This document shows, one piece after another, positions 1 through 6,454 of a stretch of DNA of 44,638 nt; the first letter of the stretch is position 1; each line of letters opens with the position of its first letter. Source of the DNA: a virus (taxonomy: Duplodnaviria; Caudoviricetes); the IMG/VR virus record IMGVR_UViG_3300048579_000191, positions 1 through 44,638 of that record; one strand, given 5' to 3'. The notes beneath the pieces were generated by a model, which ran no database searches, was not told where the DNA came from, and saw nothing but the letters and a program-made list of their open reading frames with translations. The translations under genes were made by a program, and so were the position numbers.

Positions 1-504
1 ACCGGCGCCCGGCTGGGCGAGGTGCGGCAGTCCCGTTTCGAACAGTTCAACCTCGAACACATGAGCTGGTCGAAGCCGCCCACCATGACGAAACAGCGCC
101 GCACCCACCGCGTGCCGATCTCTGACGAAACCGCCGCCATCGTGCGCCAGCGGCTGCTGCTCGTGCCGAATGGATCGCCGTGGCTCTTTCCCGGCGATAC
201 GCCCGGCCAACCGTTGCAGGAGGTCCGCCGTTTCTGGGCACAGGTCCAGAAGCAGTGCGGGCTGCAGGACGTCCGGATACACGACCTTCGCCACACCTTT
301 GCGTCCTTGCTGGTCAGTGGCGGGGCCTCGCTGGAAATGATCGGTAAGCTCCTCGGCCACAGTCAGATGCAGACCACCCTGCGATATGCCCATCTGATGG
401 ACTCGCCGCTGCGCGCCGGAGTGGACGCGGTGGCCAGCGCCTTCCGGCCGAAGCCCCGGCTGGTCCACGACGCCGACGATCAGGGCGGCCGGAAGTCTGC
501 CTGA
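1..504 (+). CDS. Tyrosine recombinase/integrase, C-terminal part (5' end outside the window)
   Basis: Frame 1 reads TGARLGEVR from base 1, then HDLRHTFAS, LLGHSQ and TLRYAH, giving the R...HxxR...H...Y catalytic set. Confidence 0.95.
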   Translation, partial: TGARLGEVRQSRFEQFNLEHMSWSKPPTMTKQRRTHRVPISDETAAIVRQRLLLVPNGSPWLFPGDTPGQPLQEVRRFWAQVQKQCGLQDVRIHDLRHTFASLLVSGGASLEMIGKLLGHSQMQTTLRYAHLMDSPLRAGVDAVASAFRPKPRLVHDADDQGGRKSA

Positions 505-529
505 CCCGGGCCAGCGCGGACCCGGATCA

Positions 530-1129
530 TCACGCCTCCTCCCGCCGCAGCGCCCTCCATATCGGCGTGATCCGGCGGCGGATCGAACGGCTATCTGGCA
601 TCTTCTTGCCGTCCGACCGATCCGCGAACCAGTCCTGCATCTCGGCAACCAGCTCGGCTTGGGTGGCAGGCAGCCCGTGGTCATGGATCCGCACGATCAG
701 GGCAATGTTCATGCCCTCCCAATCGTAGGGCGTGGCAGCACCGGGCCCGCTCGGCACACGACGCACCATGTCGTTCTCTTCCTCGAAGCCATGCACTTCA
801 TCGGCCATGATCATCATGTCCGCAACCGTTACCGTGACCCCGCCGACAGGATCGGTGATGATCTGCCACTGGCTCTTCTCGCCCGTCATGATCCGGCGCA
901 CCACGCCTTCGGTCGGACCGGTTCCGCAGCGCCGGAACAGCGGCATGAGGTCCATCGGCGAGATGGCCACGCGACCGGCGACAATTTCCCCGCCGCAATG
1001 CACCAGGCCAATGCCGGTCATGATGTGAAATTTGCCCGCCGCGGCCCATCCCGCGACATCGGCGATGTTGCATCCCCAACGGGCCGTGACTTCCTGAAGG
1101 GTGTAGTAAACGCGTTGCGGCAAAGCCAT
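530..1129 (-). CDS. Hypothetical protein with a probable N-terminal excisionase/AlpA-like HTH
   Basis: 199-aa ORF with RBS-like GAGGA upstream. N-terminus YYTLQEVTARWGCNIADVAGW resembles a winged HTH. It is convergent with the integrase. Confidence 0.65.
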   Translation of the reverse strand: MALPQRVYYTLQEVTARWGCNIADVAGWAAAGKFHIMTGIGLVHCGGEIVAGRVAISPMDLMPLFRRCGTGPTEGVVRRIMTGEKSQWQIITDPVGGVTVTVADMMIMADEVHGFEEENDMVRRVPSGPGAATPYDWEGMNIALIVRIHDHGLPATQAELVAEMQDWFADRSDGKKMPDSRSIRRRITPIWRALRREEA

Positions 1130-1482
1130 GACAAATCATCCTCACATGAACCGAGGACGGGCCGAACTCATACCGCCTGCAGCCCGTGCCGGGGGCGGCA
1201 CGGGTTAAGTGATCGGGCGCAACGACACGAGAGGCGCCAAGGCACCTTCGGTCAGAGCGACTGGTGTTCCGATAGACCTGTTATGCTTTTGGTTGAGGGC
1301 TGCTCTCCTCAAGGATGCACCCTGACGCGGGCTTCGATTCGGAGCAAGGGGGTGGCCAGCACGATGCTGTGGATATCGTTTGAAGCTTCGGCGGTCGTCC
1401 GCTTCGCACGCACTAACAGCACTACATATAGTGAGAGATCGGTTTTGTAACATAGCTGGTTCGCTCGTGGCGAACTCGGGGC

Positions 1483-1511
1483 TTGAAATGGCGAACCAGG
1501 TGCTCTATCTA
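1483..1511 (+). promoter_or_regulatory. Putative sigma70 promoter of the retron operon
   Basis: TTGAAA (1483-1488), 17-bp spacer, TATCTA (1506-1511), directly upstream of a hairpin-rich region. Confidence 0.55.
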
Positions 1512-1517
1512 GCGATC

Positions 1518-1931
1518 AATGCTCAGGTGAGAGATAGCTGCCATAGGCTGATCGGTTCGCCGATCGAGGAGGCTCCGGCCTCTACCCACTTCGGGGCGTG
1601 GCGACCGCATCCGCGCGATGCGATCCGCGACGACGACCCGTCGACTTAAGTCCGCAGCTCGCGTTGCGGCACGGGGATACCTAGGAGATAGCCTCTGCCC
1701 TGATTGCCTCTTGGGAAGGCGGCACACTCGTCGGGATGGTCCCGGCGAGGAAGCCCAGGAGGTTGCGACATGGGTAATGAACCTGTGAAGCCCCTGAGCA
1801 CCGGGCAGTGGATCCGTCGCTGGATTCGGCGTGTTCTTCGGAAGCGTCGGACCTTGATGGTCGCGTTCTGGATGGTGAAAGCCATCGTGTATCTGGCGCG
1901 ACTCTTCTTCTGAGACGGCTCCTAGGTGTTC
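1518..1931 (+). ncRNA. Retron msr/msd-type structured RNA that also contains a small ORF
   Basis: Inverted repeat GGATACCTAGGAG (1675-1687) / CTCCTAGGTGTTC (1919-1931), 13 bp with 2 G-U pairs. The 5' arm is followed by ATAGC (candidate branching G1691). There are many short hairpins, and it lies just upstream of HTH + retron RT. The 5' boundary is inferred from the promoter. Confidence 0.7.
1770..1913 (+). CDS. 47-aa small protein (basic amphipathic segment + TM helix), candidate retron toxin/effector
   Basis: AGGAGG at 1757-1762, 7 nt before ATG 1770. Sequence MGNEPVKPLSTGQWIRRWIRRVLRKRRTLMVAFWMVKAIVYLARLFF. Confidence 0.7.
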   Translation: MGNEPVKPLSTGQWIRRWIRRVLRKRRTLMVAFWMVKAIVYLARLFF

Positions 1932-1953
1932 AACTGCTGAGGATGGGAGAAAA

Positions 1954-2262
1954 ATGCTGAATGAAGCTCTTCGCCTGGTTCGGGTCTACCACGACCTGTC
2001 GCAGGCAGACGTGGCCGAACGCGTCGGGCTTTCAAAATCCTATGTTTCGGAGATCGAGAGTGGCGAAAAGAACGTCTCTCTTGCGGTGCTGGAGAAGTAT
2101 TCCACTGCCTTCGATATTCCGATGTCATCGCTCATGCTGTTTGCAGAGCGCGTGGAGGGTGCTGGAAAGGCCGATGCCATCCGGGCCTACGTGGCTGACA
2201 AGGCGCTGAAAATGCTGGATTGGGCCGCGACAATCTCCGAGTATCGTGGGGCGGGCAGGTGA
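1954..2262 (+). CDS. XRE/Cro-CI family HTH protein, retron-associated
   Basis: LSQADVAERVGLSKSYVSEIESGEK is a typical HTH_3 motif. GGGAG RBS. Its stop overlaps the RT GTG start (GTGA). Confidence 0.92.
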   Translation: MLNEALRLVRVYHDLSQADVAERVGLSKSYVSEIESGEKNVSLAVLEKYSTAFDIPMSSLMLFAERVEGAGKADAIRAYVADKALKMLDWAATISEYRGAGR

Positions 2263-3170
2263 GCCACGACCGCAACCAGTCTATCCTGTACAAGGTAACA
2301 AGCCCGCATATGCTGGCGGATCGCCTGCTTATTTCCCGAGGGGAACTGGACGCGCTCCTTGCGGATGCCGACCCCTACAAGCGGTGGATCGACAAAAAGT
2401 CCGGTCGGGCAATCCAGGAACCTCGACCGAAGCTAGCAAAGGTACATCGCAGGATCGCAACCCTTCTGGCCAGGATCGACACGCCAGCCTACCTGCACTC
2501 GGCCAAGAAGGGGCGATCCTACATCTCCAATGCTGCAGCACATTCCGTCGACGACGGGTGCGTCAAGATCGACGTCCGGAGGTTCTATCCTTCAGCGAGG
2601 GCTCAGGCCGTCTATCACTTCTTCCTCGACCGGATGGCTTGCGACGGTGATGTTGCCGGAATGCTCGCGAAGCTTCTGACCGTGGACGGACATCTGCCAA
2701 CAGGCAGCAGCGCCAGCCCAATCGTTTCGTACTTCGCCTACGAGGACCTGTTTCATGAACTTGCGGTCTTGGCCGAAGCATCTGGCTGCAAGATGACCGT
2801 GTACGTCGATGACATTGTATTCACGGGGGCAGGGGCGACGCGGCGCCTCCTGTTTGAAGCCAGGAAGGCCATCGGCAAACGGCACCTTCATGGGCACAAG
2901 ACCAAGCTCTTTCGGCCCGGTCAGCCGCGGATCGTCACCGGAGTTGCTGTCACCAACAATGGCCTTCGGTTGCCGAACCGGCGCCAGGTCCACATTGCCG
3001 AGGACCAGAAGCTGTTCGATGACCTGCCACTTGGCCGCGAGAAGCTCATCGTCGCACGGCGGCTCACTGGACGCCTATTTGAAGCCAGCCAAATCGATGC
3101 AGGGTGGCGAGTGCGCGCTGAGGCCATGGCTGCCCTGCGCGATGATATTCAAAGAAAGATCGGTCGCTAG
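2259..3170 (+). CDS. Retron-type reverse transcriptase
   Basis: SYISNAAAH (retron NAxxH region X), KIDVRRFYPS, LPTGSSASP, YVDD catalytic motif, IVTGV (retron VTG region Y). Start placed at GTG 2259, coupled to the HTH stop. Confidence 0.95.
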   Translation: MSHDRNQSILYKVTSPHMLADRLLISRGELDALLADADPYKRWIDKKSGRAIQEPRPKLAKVHRRIATLLARIDTPAYLHSAKKGRSYISNAAAHSVDDGCVKIDVRRFYPSARAQAVYHFFLDRMACDGDVAGMLAKLLTVDGHLPTGSSASPIVSYFAYEDLFHELAVLAEASGCKMTVYVDDIVFTGAGATRRLLFEARKAIGKRHLHGHKTKLFRPGQPRIVTGVAVTNNGLRLPNRRQVHIAEDQKLFDDLPLGREKLIVARRLTGRLFEASQIDAGWRVRAEAMAALRDDIQRKIGR

Positions 3171-3192
3171 ACCGGCATAGTCAGGGCTGGTT

Positions 3193-4533
3193 ATGGCTGA
3201 ACGCAACGATATTTCCAGCCTTTTGGCCTTCATCGGCCGAGAAGGTGACTGGCGCGAACGGCTGCAGGAGATTGTCGCCGAACACCTTATGCCCGCGCTG
3301 GAGGAATTCGAGATCGACCAAGACGGATTGGCCGACCTGCTGGGTGAGCAGTGGTCAGGCGTCCTATGGGGCTGCGGGTTCGAGGATTTCCTTGGCCAGC
3401 ACTATGAGGACGGCAACATCGTCGATCTCTATCTGAAGCGGCGCGGCTGGAAGGAAACGGCCTTGAACCGGGCCTATTTCACCGCGCTGCGGGATGCGCC
3501 GGTCAGCCTGTACGAAGTCAGCGAGGTCCAGCCCGGTGCATCGATGGTGCTGCGCGATTTGCTGTCAGATGCGGCACCGGTCACAGTGCGCGAGAAATCC
3601 GCCACGCGCACGCTGAAACAATGGGATAGGATTGCCGTTCGGGTGGTGGCCGAGCGCGATCACCATATCATCTCGGGGGCGCTGTTGCCCTTCCGCACCG
3701 AGGCGGTGGATTTTCTTTTCGCCGGTCTACGCGATGCCCTGAAGCTGAAGAAACGAGATGCGCTTCGGCTTTCGCACGATCAGCTGATGGGCTGCGCGCC
3801 CATCTTCACCGCCGCCTGGCTGTTCATCGAGATTGACCGTGCCCTCAGCCCGGCACAGCCGCAGTTCATCAATTCGGACGGCGACGATGTGCTGTTCCAC
3901 GATCTGCGGTACCCGCTTGCCAGCGGCGTGACGCAGAAAGCAGTGGCGGAGCGTCTGGACCGGGTGAAGGGCTTCCTGCCCGACGGGCCGAAGTTCTGGA
4001 ACTGGCTAGCTGCGCGGAAGGGGCGCGGCGGCAAGGCAGGCGGCGGCATCATGCTGGACACGCAGATGGAGGGGGCCACTGTTCTGGGTTCAGTCGAACT
4101 GAAGGGCAGGACGCTGCTCGTGACTGTTAACTCGGCCGAGCGGGTGGCGAAGGTCCAGGCGTTGATCGACGCTGCCGCGGGAGACCTGTTGAAATCACCT
4201 TTGACCACGATCCGGACAGTGGATCAGATGCGGGCCGACCAACGGCGTGATGGGCCAAGCGAAGCGACCGACGAAATCCCGCCAGAGATCGCGCGCCAGC
4301 TCATGCGGGATCACCTGGACAAGCACTACCGTGAAACGCTGGATGCGCCGATCCCGGCGCTGGGCGGCAAGTCACCACGGCAGGCTGTCCGGACGGCTGC
4401 GGGGCGCGAGAAGGTGATCGAGTGGCTGAAGATGCTGGAAAACCGCAGCGCCGGGCATGGCGAGGGGCCGATTGCAGAGTACGATTTCGGCTGGATGTGG
4501 GTCGAGCTTGGGCTGCTGGAACATCGCAAATGA
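3193..4533 (+). CDS. Conserved hypothetical protein with a C-terminal Xre/MbcA/ParS-like (DUF2384-type) domain
   Basis: 446 aa. C-terminal LDAPIPALGGKSPRQAVRTAAGREKVIEWLKMLE matches the MbcA/ParS C-terminal pattern. Starts 22 bp after the RT stop. Confidence 0.7.
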   Translation: MAERNDISSLLAFIGREGDWRERLQEIVAEHLMPALEEFEIDQDGLADLLGEQWSGVLWGCGFEDFLGQHYEDGNIVDLYLKRRGWKETALNRAYFTALRDAPVSLYEVSEVQPGASMVLRDLLSDAAPVTVREKSATRTLKQWDRIAVRVVAERDHHIISGALLPFRTEAVDFLFAGLRDALKLKKRDALRLSHDQLMGCAPIFTAAWLFIEIDRALSPAQPQFINSDGDDVLFHDLRYPLASGVTQKAVAERLDRVKGFLPDGPKFWNWLAARKGRGGKAGGGIMLDTQMEGATVLGSVELKGRTLLVTVNSAERVAKVQALIDAAAGDLLKSPLTTIRTVDQMRADQRRDGPSEATDEIPPEIARQLMRDHLDKHYRETLDAPIPALGGKSPRQAVRTAAGREKVIEWLKMLENRSAGHGEGPIAEYDFGWMWVELGLLEHRK

Positions 4534-4583
4534 AGGCCGACAAGACGGTCTGCGATGATGATCTGCGGGGGAGGGCGCGTGGG

Positions 4584-4604
4584 CTACATCAACACCACAT
4601 CAAC
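4584..4604. repeat. Arm-type integrase-binding repeat, copy 1
   Basis: CTACATCAACACCACATCAAC, a tandem of ACATCAAC units; 20/21 identical to 4856-4876. Confidence 0.65.
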
Positions 4605-4744
4605 CTGCGACTGCGGGCTTCGTGCCGGTCTTGCGTGTGAATACGTGCGAACGCTGATGACTGTGAGGACGAAAACTACGCCAGAACAAAGGCTTGCCCC
4701 GTAAGGCGCTGATTTCGACGATTATTCCGTTTTGCCCTTCCATG

Positions 4745-4791
4745 GGCTCATAACCTGAAGGTCGTAGGTTCAAATCCTACTCCCGCAACCA
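4745..4791 (+). pseudogene. 3' half of tRNA-fMet (CAT), att core duplication
   Basis: GGCTCATAACCTGAAGGTCGTAGGTTCAAATCCTACTCCCGCAACCA has the anticodon loop, T-arm and CCA. The 5' half (acceptor and D arms) is absent upstream. Confidence 0.88.
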
Positions 4792-4817
4792 AAAAATCTC
4801 GTCTTATCAAAGACTTC

Positions 4818-4845
4818 AAGGCCGAGCGTAACGCTCGGCTTTCTT
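4818..4845 (+). terminator. Intrinsic terminator after the tRNA fragment
   Basis: GCCGAGCG-TAA-CGCTCGGC hairpin followed by TTTCTT. Confidence 0.7.
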
Positions 4846-4855
4846 AGTTTGCAGT

Positions 4856-4876
4856 CTACATCAACGCCACATCAAC
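4856..4876. repeat. Arm-type integrase-binding repeat, copy 2
   Basis: CTACATCAACGCCACATCAAC, direct repeat of 4584-4604. Confidence 0.65.
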
Positions 4877-5011
4877 ACCGCAACAGAAAAACTGCACCTG
4901 CATGCAGTGGCGGGCATCCGCAGGCGCTGGAGGACAGAGCGAAGAAGATTGATCCTTCATGGAGCCAGTCAAGGCCCCATGCTCCATTAAGCTAAGCCTG
5001 ACCGGGGCGTC

Positions 5012-5767
5012 TCACATCCGCGGCGAGTCAGCTACGCTAAGAACACCAATTGAGCAGTCGTCTTCTGTCCTCGGCGAAAAGATTGACCGCAGATTCTCAT
5101 TCAGAATTGATGCCATTTTCTTGGCTGGGTTGGTCTCCGCCCAGGTAATGAGTGTTCCGACAGCGGATGCGATTTCCTGGCTGCTTTTCTTTACAAGGCT
5201 TCCGGATGCGCCATCGCTGCTGAGTAGGAACGTGCAAGGGCCATCGGTTTCGATGCGCCGCAGCTTCAAACTGGTTTCGGCACTAGTGCTTGTCACGAAA
5301 ACCGTTTGATTGATGAATTCTCCATTTTCGGGGTGAGATGCGACCGAAATTGTCCCTGAAGCCTTCATGAAAATGATTCCATCCCCCAGATGCCCGACCA
5401 GGGTCTTGCCGTTCTTGTGGGCAGCAAAAAGAAGCGTGCAAGCGTAAGAGTCCACGCCGTCGCGGGCGGAAAAACGCTTGCGCCGCAGACTGTCCAAGAT
5501 GCTGTTAATCAGGAAATGTTCAACCGTCGTACTTTCGATTGGCGACCTGCCAAGGTACAACGCATCGAAGTGGCGAACCAAAATCTCTGAAATCAGTTGC
5601 ACGCATGTACGTGCTCCGGTCCCAGAGTTCAGCTTTGAACCAGCGCCGTCCGCCAACACGATACATGCCGTGTCCCCCACCTGTCTGCCACCTACTGCGT
5701 CCTGACAGGCACCGCGAACTTGAGGCTTGCTCCGGCCGGGCACAGCAGCGAATGAAATCCTAAACAC
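5012..5767 (-). CDS. PP2C-family Ser/Thr phosphatase (TerY-P triad)
   Basis: CQDA, VLADGAGS, CTLL, HLGDG, LLSSDG and EDDCS motifs. GTG start abuts the vWA stop. Confidence 0.92.
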   Translation of the reverse strand: MFRISFAAVPGRSKPQVRGACQDAVGGRQVGDTACIVLADGAGSKLNSGTGARTCVQLISEILVRHFDALYLGRSPIESTTVEHFLINSILDSLRRKRFSARDGVDSYACTLLFAAHKNGKTLVGHLGDGIIFMKASGTISVASHPENGEFINQTVFVTSTSAETSLKLRRIETDGPCTFLLSSDGASGSLVKKSSQEIASAVGTLITWAETNPAKKMASILNENLRSIFSPRTEDDCSIGVLSVADSPRM

Positions 5768-6442
5768 TTAGACCGACGCCCAGCTGCTCATCGCGCTTGT
5801 ATCGAGGCTAACCTTGTCTCCAGGGGTTGACTGGGAAACTCGCGAAACTGACGCGCTCAGCCAAACGAAGAATTCCTGGAAGCTCAACCCCTTCAACTTC
5901 ATGGCGGCGCGCCCACCTGACAATGAGGCGAGGGTGGACATATCTGCCCCGTTTCCTATGCCGATGGCGAAGACCGCAAGTTTCTTGCCGTTCACTTGAT
6001 CATTGATGAGGCCCTTTGCCTTGGCGATATCATCGGTCGGTGATCCGTCAGTCATGAGGACTATCCATGGCTGGAAGTAGTCCACGCCCGCATTCTTGTA
6101 TTCGGCTTTTCGTGCCTCCAGAACTCGCAGTGCCTGTTCGATGGCTTCACCCATAGGAGTGGAACCCGTGGCCTTCAGAGACGGGATCTGTTGCCGTTGG
6201 ATTGATGCAAAATCCAATGCGAGATCAACGGTACCGCCGAATGTTACGATCGCCACTTCCGCCGAATATTGTGCGACTTCATCCTCCAGAACCGCTGCGA
6301 AGAATGTCTCGACACCTGACTGCAGTTCCTTGATCGGCTCCCCAGCCATCGATCCGCTGACGTCGAGGACAAGGCAGACAGGAAGCCTCGCAGTAGGGTT
6401 TTCGACAAGTTCTTCCTGACGAAGGATGAAGTCGTTCGGCAT
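5768..6442 (-). CDS. terY: TerY-like vWA domain protein
   Basis: MIDAS motif LDVSGSMAG, TPMGEA, YFQPWIVLMTDG and the TerY-type end FQEFFVWLSASVSRVSQSTPG. Confidence 0.9.
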   Translation of the reverse strand: MPNDFILRQEELVENPTARLPVCLVLDVSGSMAGEPIKELQSGVETFFAAVLEDEVAQYSAEVAIVTFGGTVDLALDFASIQRQQIPSLKATGSTPMGEAIEQALRVLEARKAEYKNAGVDYFQPWIVLMTDGSPTDDIAKAKGLINDQVNGKKLAVFAIGIGNGADMSTLASLSGGRAAMKLKGLSFQEFFVWLSASVSRVSQSTPGDKVSLDTSAMSSWASV

Positions 6443-6454
6443 TTTGAATGATCC

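Noticed and set aside
2259-3170. RT as part of a diversity-generating retroelement or group II intron
   Set aside because: It has retron NAxxH/VTG motifs and no maturase domain, and I saw no TR/VR repeat pair or avd gene in the window.
4745-4791. Functional tRNA-Met gene
   Set aside because: Only the anticodon loop to CCA is present; the upstream sequence cannot form the D arm or acceptor stem.
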